The position numbers and the translations under genes are program-made. Positions 14,247 to 27,800 of a stretch of 47,942 bases of DNA are shown piece by piece. Source of the stretch: Sphaeroforma arctica JP610. Taxonomy: Eukaryota. The stretch is from NCBI RefSeq assembly GCF_001186125.1, contig NW_014040544.1, positions 110,513 through 158,454 on the forward strand, written 5' to 3'. Under the pieces are notes generated by a model. That model was given only the letters and a program-made list of their open reading frames with translations, had not been told where the DNA came from and did no database searches. The number at the start of each line of letters is the position of its first letter. Position 1 is the stretch's first letter.

Positions 14247-17200
14247 ATGATCGATATAACAGAAGATGGCGATGATGCTAACAACTTTGGAGAGCGAATA
14301 GGCCCAACTCGCTCCACTTTCGATAATGGTGTTGAGATTATAGTGCCCTGTGTGGACCGGAATATTAACAATTTCTCTACGGTCCCAGCAGATAAGAGCG
14401 CGCCGAACAAACTCACCACACAGGCTACCATAGGCGAACGCACCCGGCACAGTAGGCGACCAAAGACTAGGAATTCTAAGTTGAGTGATGCGGCGCTGGG
14501 GTTCATGGAGTATGCTCAGAAAGGAGTCGTTGATAATATTCAGATAGCATCCAGCGATGTTGCGGCCATTTGTGGGCTGAACAAGTACGCTCGACCCGGA
14601 GAACTGCTATTCAAGGTGTGTGCATGCTAAATTGCTTGAATGTGTTTAAAAATAGTAAAAATAGTGAATATGTGGAAGTGTGTTTTCATATACGAATCGA
14701 GCACTCAGGAATGCGGTCTGTTTCGATTACTTGAAGGTGTGAAGTATATATAATTTTGTCAGCTGTTAGGGAGGTCTTAGCAATGGATAGGTGATGTACA
14801 GATTGAATTTTTTGCTTTGACTCAGCTTGCTGTTATGTGTGGTTTGAATTGTAGTGCTGAAGTGTGTCTGTGTCGAACAGTATGTGGTTGAGGCCAAGTA
14901 AACTCTTTGTATCTATGATTACTCATCAACATGCACTTATTGCCAGCCTTTTTTAACTTCGACGATGATGGAACGGTACTATTACTCTTAGCGGCGAGAG
15001 AGGGGTTTAATTTCTATAGAAAAGGATACTCGCTTGTCTTGTGCCTATATTCACTTTACTTATATCTTTATTACAGTATGTATACAAAGGATTTCCGAAT
15101 CTGATGAAGATGGATGCTGCAAACTTGGATATTTCGATTATCTCTGAGGAGCAGAAAGTGGAAGAACTCATGGCTCAGACATCGCAAGCGAAGGAGCTCA
15201 AATCCGTGCTGAAGGCTTCTAAAGTGCGTGTCTTTACATGTTACGTCTGATATGATTAACTGTCATGTGCTATGTTACATGCATGGATAGCTGGGTTGGT
15301 CTGTAGCCCTGCGGATAATATTCGTCCGTTGCCTGTGTGCCAAACCTTTCGTAAAGCACTTCGGTTGTACATACTGCGTTCCTACGTTGTGCATATGTCC
15401 AAATCGGATTGTGTTCGTTCTGTATGCCTCACTCGGGACTTTTCACGTAGAAATCGGCAATGTCACGCCAGTCTTTTCTTGGGTCTTTGATGTGTGATAT
15501 CAATATACTTTTAGTATCGTACGCGTCTTTCAACCTCGGCACTGTAGATAATTGCCTGTTGTTTGTTGTTTGTTGTTCGGAGTCCCACGTATGTTGTTAT
15601 CAGGATTCAATGTTGTTGCTCAGGTTTGCTGAAGTATATATACACTGCAGTTAAGTTAGAACGGAGTCCTACTGTACAGTGCCTACATGGTATGTCCAGG
15701 CACGATTTCTCGACAGTTTAATTTCTAGGTAGAGGTGCAGTCTGCAATCGTCTTATGTTGGTATGACCACAAAATCACAACTGTCATCGATTCGGCCTGT
15801 AACGTGGTCTTGCGTTTGCGCCGTATAGAACCGAGAAGGCATGTCTAGATGCCACTGTTGTCGCATATGCTAGTATAACTAACTATACGTCTGTACCAGG
15901 ACTTGCCTGTATAAATGCATACCATAGTCGTAGACTATATACCGTCGTGTACAGGCTCGTCACAAGTATCACACTGTGTCTGCTAATCAGGACGGTAAGA
16001 AGGTCAAGAGTGTCGCCGATGTTGAGATCTTTGGCAAGCAGGCGTCCAAGGCTATCCAAACGGCCTTAGTGAAGAAGGAACTGCCAGTGCATGAGATTCA
16101 CGAGCTACAAAGGGCCATCAACTCCAGTCTATTCACCAACTTTGGGAACCGTAAAGAGAACACTGCCCTGCAGGAATACGAAGATCGTACAGGTTAGTCA
16201 CGCTCTGTGGTAGTACCTGACTTGTGGTGCGGGGTTGTTCTGTTGACTTGATATACGAAGTCTGGCCTGCACGGGCCCTTCATACACTGTCGTATATTGT
16301 GGTCAGAATTGTCTTAGGGGTTTAGGTTTTAATTTAAATTCCAAACCCCTTACTCTGTATGGGCGGCTTGTGTAGCTGATAAGGTATGTACGTGCGAATG
16401 TGCTGGACATGGACTACGATGAGTAGGGTGGCATTTCAGTGCAACAGAAGTCCTTTTCTTCGCAGTATTTCGTTCGTTAACGTTTCAAACACAATTAACA
16501 ATACCTTATTGCGTCATGTCATTGCCATGCGGCACATGTTCCAACGGTGCTCTCGTCTGTCTCAGGATACTTTGTAAGCGAAAACAACGCGCAGTGCTAT
16601 ATGATGAGTGTAGATACCACTGCAGATGATACCACTGCAGATGGCGTTATGGACACGGCCGACGATATCCAATTTATTCCCCGAACGAACAAGAGAGCCA
16701 AGTCTTTTGACATCATCGGGTTCATAGACGGCATTGCTCTAGCTCCCGCAGTGGAGATAGCTAATCCTGCCAGTGCTTCGTCATCACACGAGACTACCGG
16801 TTCCGGGAAACCAACGAACGAGGCTAGAGATTCGAAGCCGCAGAAAAGGCGAGTCGAGCTCTGAAATCTGTAGCGGTGTGGGGTGCGGGTCAATTTTATC
16901 TAGTGGTGTGGAGTGCGGGTCAATTATATCTAGTGGTGTGGAGTGCGGGTCAATTATATCTAGTGGTGTGGAGTGCGGGTCAATAATATCTAGTGGTGTG
17001 GAGTGCGGGTCAATTATATCTAGTGGTGTGAGTGTGGGTCAATCATATCTAGTGGTGTGGGGTGCGGGTCAATTGTCTCGGTGTGCAGTAAATGAGGTTA
17101 ACGGCTATGTTTCTGCTCTACTAAATGTCTGGTACAAAGTGTATCAATTGCCATCCACAGTTGCGTAGTAGATGTGAAAGTCTATTCGGAGGCTGGCCTC

Positions 17201-19545
17201 TGTGGGATTTCAATTCGCTCACGTAATGGATATACTTGCGTATGGTGTTCGTTGTCAGTACACCGTATTGTACAGGTACTATATACGTGTGCGTATCGAT
17301 GCTACTACCTGGTGTGTTATTGATTTTTTTAGGCTCAAACGCCCAGCCTCCCAAACCCATACAGACCTTTGCGCAATCCAGCTCGATATCCCAAATATCC
17401 CAAGAAAGCCAAAAGTCCAATTAAAGGCACAAGCCAAAAACCAGCTGCAAAGATCAATACTCTCGGCAAGTACTTCTCTATTGATAGGAGTAAGGGTAAG
17501 GTGGAATCGGAGACTCCTGTTCCAATCAGTCATTCAGACGGTGTCATGCCACACACAAGAACACTTAAGGGCGTGGCTGTAGCTGATGGTACGGCCAATG
17601 GAGCAAGCGAGGATGCCAAGACCTCGCCAATGAGTTCTGACGCCTTGCCAAGAAACACCCAGAACTCAGAACTGCCCGCGGGGAATGATAAATGCACCGT
17701 GCACAGCGCTGGCAACGACGATCAGGGTGACGACGATGATGGGACGGCTAGCTTAGCTTTATCGGCCCAAAACCAGGACGGGGAGTCGGATGATCAGACC
17801 CAGTTACCTGCAGATCGACTCACGAACTCACAAATAAGTGCAAGTGTAGATTCGTTTGAGGACGCACTGACGATCTTACCCACACAAATAGGTACGCTAG
17901 AGCAGCCACATACACTTGTACCAACACAGACACTTGATTCACAGACGAATCCGATACTACCGCACACACAGCCCAGGGGGAGTGGACAGCCCGAGTCAAC
18001 CGTACGAAACGGACCAGAAAGTATATATACGATTGATGTGACTGAGAGTGTTTGTACAGCGACTGCACGACTCGATGTGGCTATCAATGCACAAAGCTGC
18101 GAGGGAGAGAAAGACGGAGAAGAGGTCGACTCAGTAGCACCGGCGACTGACCTGTTGCAAGAACCGCAGATGGACGATGAGATTCAGAGCGTAGACGAGA
18201 ACAAGACTAACAGCAGACTTCGCATGCGTTCACGTGACGCCAGTGCAGTAGGCACAGACGCCGCGGCACAGACGCCTATAGCGGAGACTGCAGCGTTGAT
18301 GGCACCGACGGAGTGTGTGCCAGAGGACTTGCTGGGTAGAAAGGCGTGTGCTGCGGTTGTGGGTGCTGGGGGGGGGGCTGGGGAGATGAGACAGGGCTGT
18401 AGCAAAATCAACACGGATAGACGGGCGGGAAGTGGCCAGGCTGTGAAGAAAGCGAATACGGACTTAAGTGATGGGGAAGGGCAGATGGACGATGGGCGAG
18501 TCAGCAGCGATACGAAACAGAAGGATGTACATGGAGAGCAAACTGAGAGGGACGGAGAGCCTATCAATCCGAGCAATCAAGAAGGGCATTCAGGCACATG
18601 CAGTACGCTAGCTGGCACAGGGGGCGTGCAGACGCATATGGGGGATAAGGACGGGGACGCATGTACCGGTTCAGATTTGGATCTGGACAACCTGTCGTCG
18701 AGTACGAGAGAGGAAAAGATAGATCATGTGTCGAACGGATTGAACGACCAAGTGAACCAGGGGGACGAAGCCACCCAACCCGACGCGAAGGTGGCTGTAG
18801 GAATAGACGTGACTGATGGCCAAGGTGACGATATACTTGGGCAAGATGAGGGAAACGGTGTATGTGGCATGCAGAGGTTGGTCGTGGAGATCAAGAACCG
18901 GGCTGGTGGAAGGATATTCAACCCACCACACCTGCACGAACAAGTGCAAGTGCTAGTCTATCTCAAGCTAACGGGATGCACACAGGGTGACCTCGTCCAG
19001 TACGTCGATAGCGACAGGGTATGTGGGCCGCTAGAGGTGTGCTTGTGCATACTAGGGTTGTATTGGAAGTTCAGGGCAGGATGTGTATATTTGTATAGAT
19101 ATATGTATACTATATACATATATATATGTGTGTGTGTGCTCGTACCTTCTACGTTTGATTATGTATCACGGGCGATCATATGCAATGCGATGGCGAGCGG
19201 TGTTGGCTGGCTGGCTAGGCTCTCATGGCATCTTAAAGATTTGTTTATATGACTTAGATTGCTGAGTGTATGCATGGGTGAAATGGGAAATACATTCATT
19301 CGGTGCATTCGCATTGATTGTTAAGTCATTGTGTATGTTGGTCTTCGTGTTCGAATGAGTGATATATCTCCGACAATATCTTCGTGTTCTCTCTATTTCA
19401 TATGTTCATTATATTCAACTGAGGCTTCCGTATAAAGGCTGAGTCTCGAGTCATTGTTTAATGAGATTACCAAAATTCCGACTACAGTGCGTTGCGATAT
19501 ACATGCAGATATAATCCTATATATGTACATAATTATATATGTGAA

Positions 19546-19577
<32 letters not shown>

Positions 19578-20475
19578 CTCTGTATGTANNNNNNNNNNNN
19601 NNNNNNNNTGTAACTATATAGTATATTATAATATATATATATATATATGTATGTATATATATATGTATATATATATATAATCATGTACATGCGCATCATT
19701 ACAGCTGCGTAGCAATGTGTATACATGTATATATGATTGATAAATATGATATATACATTTATAATCGTGTGTATGCGCATCCTTAAAACTGCGTTAGAAG
19801 GTATATCCATGTACGTATGATTGATGATCATGGTGGTTACTCAAATTGACACATTTGTATGGACCACATATTCGAACAGGGGAAAGGAGAGTCTTTAATG
19901 GATATCTCGCGAGTGAGACTGGAAGACTTTGAAAATGCCGACGTTTGGGAGAGCGTCATAGTTCCTCGGTTGTCCGAGTTTTGCCAAATAGTAAGACAGT
20001 TCAGTCAACGGTCTATATCTAGCAGTGTGTATGTGCATATGTTTGTGCATATGTATGTACGCGTGTACTAGTAGAATGTGCAAGCAGAAGTGATAGAGCT
20101 CCTTCAGACTCATCAGACAAATCTAGCAGAATTCCGTACGGTGTGTGTGCGGGCTTCATGGTTGTTATATGGTTTCTGTATGCACCCTCGGACTTTTCTT
20201 TGCCTTTGTATATATTATTTGGCGTTGGTTTGCGATTTAGTAAGTTATTTGTTGGCAGTTTGTTTTCATCAACAATTTGTACGATGGCTTTATACGTTAT
20301 ACGCTTTTCAAGTCCTCGTTTCATCCTCAGTCTGCAATGTAGTACAGCTACACAATTGACTAAATGTTAGCAATCTTTTTTTTGGCACGATGGAAGCAAC
20401 ACCTTATAGAAGTGAGAACACTTATATGTATGTTTGTATGTATGTATGTATGAATATATGCATATATGTATATAG

Positions 20476-20543
<68 letters not shown>

Positions 20544-20938
20544 CTGTATGTATATATATATATATATATATATTAGTTATGGCGTCTACTCGTGAATACT
20601 ATATATATGTTCTTCTCTGGGCTTTGCCATCACTCTCATATTTGAATGTCGACTTCAATAAACGTACGTTTTTCTTTTAATTTCTCGAACAAATTACATA
20701 CACCTATCACTCTGAATTTCGAACCGGCAGCACCTTAGATTTTACACTTGTTTGTGTCACCACAACCCATTGACAGGTTCACAAGGTACGGCAAGATGAT
20801 AATCTTCGCACACGTTTGATGATGAATAGTACTTTGGATAATTTCGAAGCGCGAGACGACCTTGCCGTGGATTTATGCCCGAGTATGGAGCACGCAAGCA
20901 GTATTAGGCGGCCGCGGAGCCAATCTAAAGTGAAATAA
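14247..20938 (+). CDS. Spliced YqaJ-like (lambda exonuclease / viral recombinase family) PD-(D/E)XK nuclease, ~1024 aa, with a large low-complexity insertion
   Basis: Phase-consistent exons 14247-14615, 15077-15223, 15991-16192, 16566-16848 (GC donor), 17161-17275, 17333-19018, 19880-19990, 20777-20938; possible extra exon 20075-20140. Motifs in family order: IASSDVAAICGLNKY, FGNRKENTALQEYE, IIGFIDGIA, LVVEIKNR, EQVQVLVYL, WESVIVPRLSEF. Confidence 0.78.
16869..17073. repeat. Intronic tandem repeat, 30-bp period, ~7 copies
   Basis: TCTAGTGGTGTGGAGTGCGGGTCAATTATA repeated; explains the SSGVECGSII peptide repeat in ORF 16773-17168. Confidence 0.92.
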
Positions 20939-21194
20939 ATATCTTTGATATACATCTTATCACATGAGTTTGCGATACCGACGAGCTGTGAGTTCGTGAT
21001 TAACAAGTAGGTTCGTGTCTCGGGTATGCATTGATCCGATGTCAATCCGTAAACCAATGCCAAAACGAACTCAGATGTGAATACAGCCGTGCGAACCAGT
21101 GTCTTATAGCCATAGTTCGCGAGTCACATCATATTTGTAAGGTAGATTTTATTAGAAATGGCTATCCACTGAAAGAATTGTTCTTATGAATCAG

Positions 21195-22547
21195 TTATCG
21201 GATAAATCTCATGCAAATCTGCTCAATTTCTCCGACCAACTTAGCTCGATCTTCCGTATTCAGTTGCGATAGGTGTTTGTTCGTGTTTTCAAGCGAATCC
21301 GGGTGCACCAGCATTTCCGTGAGTTTGAATGTCATAAGCTCGCGATATATTCGCATCATCGAATCTTTCTTTGGGGACGTCACTGGCGGCTTTCGGTCGT
21401 ACACTGAACTGTCAAATGTTTGGTACTCAATTGGAGTTTCTTCAAACTGCACGCGATACCGACCTCCCAGTCTCTCCCGAAATGATGATGGTTTCTTTTC
21501 CGCTATGGACTTCATTACCTTTTTGGGTTTTTGACCTTTGGCTAATGAAGGTGTATCGATTGGGGCTCCATTAATGTACATGGGCGACTGTAGGGGTGAT
21601 GGTGGCAAACTGATATCCAAGCCCCGATCACGCGACGCCGAAGGTATGGTGGAGAGAACCAATTGCTGGGTAACGAGAGAGGTGGTTGACCCCTGGGTGC
21701 GGCACTGAGAAGGATGCGACACTCTGTAGTTGCTAGTGTGGGTGCCATCCATCGGAACTCTCGGGCTGTTCTCCGGAAATAAATGAGCGAACCGGTTTCT
21801 ATCTCCATTGTGTTGCTGTTGTGGTAAAATTATGCTCTCCTGGGAGGTTAATGCACCATTCATCGCCGAAAACAAGGATGCTGAGCGACGTGGGGTAGCT
21901 TCCGACAAATGACGTAGCACTGCTGTTTCACGAGCTAACACGGGCGCGCTGCTGGCCTCTATAAACGACGACTGGCTCATCAATGAATTACTACGACTAC
22001 GAGAGAGCGGGTGAGAAGATACAGTTGTGCGATTCCTTGGATACCGTCCTGATTGGGTAGGTACAATAGGCGAACGGCTCGCCGATCTCACACTGGCTGA
22101 CGAGTGTTGTGGGCTTGACAGATTCTTTTGTGAAATATATTCAGGATACGAGCCTGTATCGACACGTGCGACAGGTGAATGACCGGCCGAATTCTCATGG
22201 GCGATGGTCGGGTAGGCTGCTGATTCCCCAACCCCTTGTGATACATATATACTGATAACTCTAAAACTTGTAGCATTTTCAATTTTCTGATCTGTGGGCC
22301 CTCTCTGGAAGTCCTTGGGTCGTGAATTGTTGAGAACTGAATCATTTGACTGTAAGCCTATAGAAAAGCCTATTGATTCTGTCGAGTTCGGCTCGGTGCG
22401 TGACTGGTATACATCAGATAGGTGCAATTGTTTAGGAACATCACACATGCCTTTGCTCAGACTCCCTCTCCGCATATTCTCGTTATGGCTCTTTCCCTTT
22501 GAGCCGGCATGTTTATGAAAGTATTGCTTTATTGCCTTCAAACCCAT
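21195..22547 (-). CDS. Intronless Ser/Pro-rich protein with C-terminal PP1-binding module (Phactr/neurabin/Bni4-like)
   Basis: 450-aa ORF from ATG at 22547. The C-terminus RVQF-EETPIEYQTFDSSVYDRK...IYRELMTFKLTEMLVHPDS has an RVxF motif plus the YDR...EL..FK.TEM.VH signature of the Phactr C-terminal PP1-binding domain. Confidence 0.8.
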   Translation of the reverse strand: MGLKAIKQYFHKHAGSKGKSHNENMRRGSLSKGMCDVPKQLHLSDVYQSRTEPNSTESIGFSIGLQSNDSVLNNSRPKDFQRGPTDQKIENATSFRVISIYVSQGVGESAAYPTIAHENSAGHSPVARVDTGSYPEYISQKNLSSPQHSSASVRSASRSPIVPTQSGRYPRNRTTVSSHPLSRSRSNSLMSQSSFIEASSAPVLARETAVLRHLSEATPRRSASLFSAMNGALTSQESIILPQQQHNGDRNRFAHLFPENSPRVPMDGTHTSNYRVSHPSQCRTQGSTTSLVTQQLVLSTIPSASRDRGLDISLPPSPLQSPMYINGAPIDTPSLAKGQKPKKVMKSIAEKKPSSFRERLGGRYRVQFEETPIEYQTFDSSVYDRKPPVTSPKKDSMMRIYRELMTFKLTEMLVHPDSLENTNKHLSQLNTEDRAKLVGEIEQICMRFIR

Positions 22548-24788
22548 CGTGTATGTCTGTATTCGACTGAGAAAAATATGAGTCTTGCACACGGACTCCT
22601 CGAGTTCTTATATACAATTACATACAGACCTGGCAAGTAATTGACAATCTAACAACTTACAACTAAATACTCTCTTGGAACTAAAAAGGACTTGGGATGT
22701 CCATTTTTATTTTTCCGTTGGTTCATAGCCTTCTTGTAATATTTAGACAAGGTTATGGTAATATGGTTGGTTGCCTAATACTCATTTGTTGTTGTTTTGT
22801 TTTTGTTTTTTAAACAAAAGTAAAATATAAAAATGCCGAGGCCCGCATCGACTCAGTAATTCAGTATTCACCATATATTTACTCCAGCTGAATTAGTAAA
22901 TACTAGATTGTGTAAATATTAAATATTTACATAGAGTTGTCGGCTTGTCGCATAGCCATCTGTATAATTTAGAAGGCTACGTATGATATGGTTGTCGCTG
23001 TTCAGACTACAGAGTTCAGAGTTCAGAGTTTCAGACATCAGTGTTCAGCCGCGACGTGTAGTGCATGTCGTTTGGTGTTGCGACAGTCAGGTCTGGATCA
23101 ACACTGGGTCTGTCGCCGACACCCGACGCCGACTGACATGTCTGACAAAATGTCGTGCCGACACGTCTGACATGTCTTTTTGCCAAATGTCGGCGTCTTT
23201 TCCCAGCCCAGCAAAGTACATATCAGTATGTAATTCTATTCACTCTCTACGACTCTACTCTCTACATACTACTCTAGAGAGTAGTAAGTAGTAACTACTC
23301 GAGAACAGTTTTTCCTCTCGGTTGTCCAATGACATATTGGACAGGGGATCCCGGCGATTTTTTACTACCCCGGAGCTAATGTATGTGCATTCTAAATATG
23401 TACTCATAACTCAGGTATGTAAATATGTATATGTATTTGTTAAAAATACTCTATTGTACTATGTAATATATGTTTATACATGGTTAATTTTTCTTTTCTT
23501 TTCTGAAAAATAAAATGATGATTTTGTAGTCACGGCCCTCAGCCCCTCACTGGTGCCGTTAGCCCTTTACTGCCGTATACAGTATCGACACAATCAAATA
23601 TCTAAAATTCTTGTACATATCGACAGTACAGGATGTGACACTTGACGTCACACTTGCCCTAGGACATAAGTCGGACGGTCCTGCACCCAGGACTCAGTAC
23701 AGGTTCACTTCAGATGGAAAGGTTCATCATTTTTTTACAATGAAAAACAGACTGTTTTTAATAACTCTAAAAGTGCCGGACAAGTCTTCTGGAGTTTTTT
23801 TAGAAATATTCCGGACACAAGACAAGCCGGGCCAAAAACAAAATGAGACCCCGGCCGAATATATAAGGACTACAAGGATCAGTATGAAACAGCACTTTTT
23901 TTTTCAAAAATTATTATTATTATGAGCCGATTTTGTGAGTCCTCCACATACTATTGTTGCCGTTGGACTCGAGGTAAATATTTGGTTGATTCTTACACTA
24001 CTATTGAGGGGCCAGTAAAAATTGGAAATTAAATATAGACTGGAAATTCCTACTCTTGTGATTTTGCTCCTAGAAAAGACGAAAAAAACTCGACAATACT
24101 CTTTATCATTTGGTGCCAACTGACACCAACACACACACAAGCACGTACAGCAAACAAGGTCAATTTAGTCTCAATCGTGTTTGTGAACATAATATGATTA
24201 TTTATTTGCGTTCGTGTGGATACATTCAACGTATAATATGGTTGTAATATTGAGCTCATATAAACAAAATTTCGGAGAGTATCCGGGTTAGCTATTTTCA
24301 GTATAATTTGTACTATAAATGAGTAATGATATGTGACCCACTAGCAGTACAAACTCCCTTGAAATTGTCAGCAATAAAATTACCGGAGAGTATCCGGGTT
24401 TTACAATTCCTGATTCAAAACTGAATGGAGAGAATCTCATTGGCTAGAATACGGTCATAAAATTTTGGATACAATTCTGGCCAATTTCCGTTACGAAGTT
24501 AGGTTTACTGTCATAATAATCAGGTCTGAGGATAAAGCTACGCATCCAAATTGGAAATCGGAAAGATGAAGAAAAAAAATCATGCACTTGAGCTTGAAGG
24601 TTATTTACGGACCTTTGATTCAAATTTTCGCCTCCGAAACGTAAATCTCGGTGACCAGTAGGTCACCAGTGTAGAACTGAATACCACTTTCAAAAAAACC
24701 CACAGACCCCACCAAAACGTTGACTTGAAATTTGGATTTTCAATCAAAAATTAAAATTAAAAAAATTTATCCAGTAGGGAGTCTGGGG

Positions 24789-24874
24789 ACCCACAGTCCC
24801 ACAGTCCCACAGTCCCACAGTCCCACAGTCCCACAGTCCCACAGTCCCACAGTCCCACAGTCCCACAGTCCCAC
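24789..24874. repeat. Octamer tandem repeat (CCCACAGT)n, ~10 copies, at the 5' edge of the LINE remnant
   Basis: Direct reading of the sequence. Confidence 0.95.
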
Positions 24875-24885
24875 ATCCGCGAAAA

Positions 24886-27800
24886 TTGTCGGGCCAGGCC
24901 GAATCCCCAATTGAGACGTTCGTCCCCAACGACTCCTTACCCAATGACCAATGGAAATTGAACATACAAAAATTTATCACAAACCTCTCTGCCCAGGTCA
25001 GTACTCTACAGGCCAATCTCAATCAAATTTTGGGACCGGCTCTAACAACCCCGAACAGTGATGCCTTTGACTGATGACCAATGGAATCAACCATACACCA
25101 AATGCTCACTAACATCTACCGCAGACCGTCTCCAGAAGGCTTCCCAACNNNNNNNNNNNNNNNNNNNNAACACACACTACCATATCCTACACCACAATAC
25201 ATAGCATAATATCTTACACCCTTTACACTGTGGTATTGGCATCTTTTCCAAACACCACCCATCGAATTTTCAACTTGTACACTCTTCACCGTACGCGGTG
25301 TTCTTTATGTGCTTTGGCGTTCATATGGCCGTGTTCTACTTTCCACTCAAATCGCTCACTGAAGAAGACGTCAGGCGATACATGAATCCCCCCGAGATTG
25401 GCGGTTTACAACCAGATGTCGTGTGGGGAGATTTCAACTTCAAAGCCCGAAAGTATGGCCACGCATCTACAAATCACGGACTAGTATGAAAAAGATTGAA
25501 ACTATTCTGCGTAAGACGTGACACTTGAACTACCTTTATGCTGGCGGCTCAACTGGTACTGAATATGCGTATCATCGACCTACCACCCCCGCCTCCCTCC
25601 AAACTTATAAGCTGACGGACTACGGTATCTGTGTTGACCACACCTTTGGGCTCGATCTCCAGATACTTCCCCCGAATTAAATCCATCGGCCCCAACAAAT
25701 GCCAGCAATGCCGCCGCCTCCGGACCAACGCCTCCCTTCCCATGGATATAACCGATATCGCCATCGACTGTATCACCTACGCAACAAATCTTGCGCGCGA
25801 TTATTCCACCTAAAGCCAGCTTGGGTAGCATAACTGTAGCCTCCTAACAGCGCGCCCAAAGAAATCCGATGCAGATATCACCTCCCCCGCCGACTTCCGC
25901 CCCATCACGCTTACGCAAATAGTCAGACGCATCTTTGAAAAGTGCTTTCTTAATCTGATTACGAGCCACCCCGGCTCTGCTACCCATGCTACCCAAGCTG
26001 GCTTCAAATCACGGTACCCCTGTCATACCCAAGTACTTGCCGCCATGGAATCTGAGACATACTCAGAAGAGTAGTAGAACGACGCCTGTCTGGACATAAC
26101 CAGAGCATGCGACAAGGTCGCTCTCCCACGCCTATGGGTACTTCTGCGTCGCGCTGGAATGCCCGAAAACTGGATCAACTGCCTCCGCGCGCTGTTGGGG
26201 AGGGTCCCTACCCGAGTGACATACCGCGACACGCTCTCGTCTCTATTCCATAGAACGAATGGCATCCTACAAGGCTCAATCGTCGGCCCCCAGCTCTTTA
26301 TTATCTACATGGATTCCTTAGCTGTCACGCTAGCACAATTTTGGCCCAAGCTCCTCCGCTCCTATTTATTTGTTGATGACACATGGATCCAAGCCCCTCG
26401 ATCGGTTTTGCTCCAGCCCTTCTTAGATGACGTTGATGCGTGGAGACGCAAATCTGGCCTCGAACCGGGTGTCATTAAACCCCGAGTATGATCTACCGAC
26501 TTGCGACACGCGGCGCCAACCCTCCGTATAAATGGAGAGCTTATCACGCCGACGCTTGCAGACGCACCTTGGAACACACGTTACCTCCCCCTGAAACTGG
26601 CGCCCACACATGCCGAACCGAAGCACTCCAAATACCTGGGGTTCCCACTCTCTCACGGAGTACCAGGAATCAACCTCGCTAAACATATGCAATCCCTGGT
26701 TGCAGCATTGTCACTGGGTATCGCCTCTTTCCGCGCTTATGGCTTCCATGGCTTCAGCTGGCGACACCCCCGCAATCGACTGGTGATGTTCAAAACATTC
26801 ATCCTATCCACGGCTACATATGGGATGAACATTATTGCCTGGGCTCCGCCTATATGGAAGGATGCGTTGGACCCCCTATTCGAGCGCTTTAACTCAGCAC
26901 CCATCCAAGCAGCAGCCATCATCACGGACACTATACACCCTCGGTTTCCCAAACATCAAACAAACTTACTTCACTTTTGCGGCCTGCTTCCCGCGCAACC
27001 ATTCGTGGACTACCTCGGAGGTTGTCTGGGAATACAAATTGACTCGGTGGACAGCACAAATCCACTTACTCCTCTGACGCAGCCCGCCTGGGCCCACGGA
27101 TAAACCATCACTGCACTTCCCGTACAGTATCTATGCTCACCTGAAAACTGTACACAAAGCCACGGGCGGGCGTACACCCGACCATGTAGCCCTCCACCAA
27201 CGCTGTGACGACATCAGGAAGAACTCAACAAAACGTTGGTCCAACAAGGGGATCGCGGCAATGGCCCGGCGCCAAATACTACCAACTGGTTATGGGTAAA
27301 CCGCCAACCTCAAACCGAGACACAGCCAGACACGACAGCTTCAATCGCTGCTTCGAGTCTATACCAATCCGGCTCTGTGCTATGATTGTAACGAATATGT
27401 ACATGTTCACATTGCTCGACTACCGCGTCGACGGCTGTCTCTGCCCTGTCTGCCCCGGTAGCCACAAGTTCACTACCAGCCACTTTACCTGCATCCAACA
27501 ACTGATTCGACGCATCCTGGTAGGCCCGAAACTGCCGCCCATTGGCCCTGACCTCCTTCAGCAATTACAGGAGTGCCACGACTTCCACGGTATCTGGACC
27601 CTCCACAAACACCTTGGATCTTTTCACCAGCACGCCGAAGAACCACCATACCCTCACCCGTCCTTGACACATCAACAGATGTTCCCCATACCCCGGCTAA
27701 TCACGCTGTTAAAGTACTACTTCCAAATATCGGTTCAACCCAAATCATCGCGCTTGTTGGTTCCGACTATGATACTTCCGATCCAGGCCAGCCAACACAT

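Noticed and set aside
24649..24674. Helitron-like 3' hairpin (GGTGACC-AGTA-GGTCACC)
   Set aside because: Not followed by a proper CTRR terminus, and no Rep/helicase sequence nearby.
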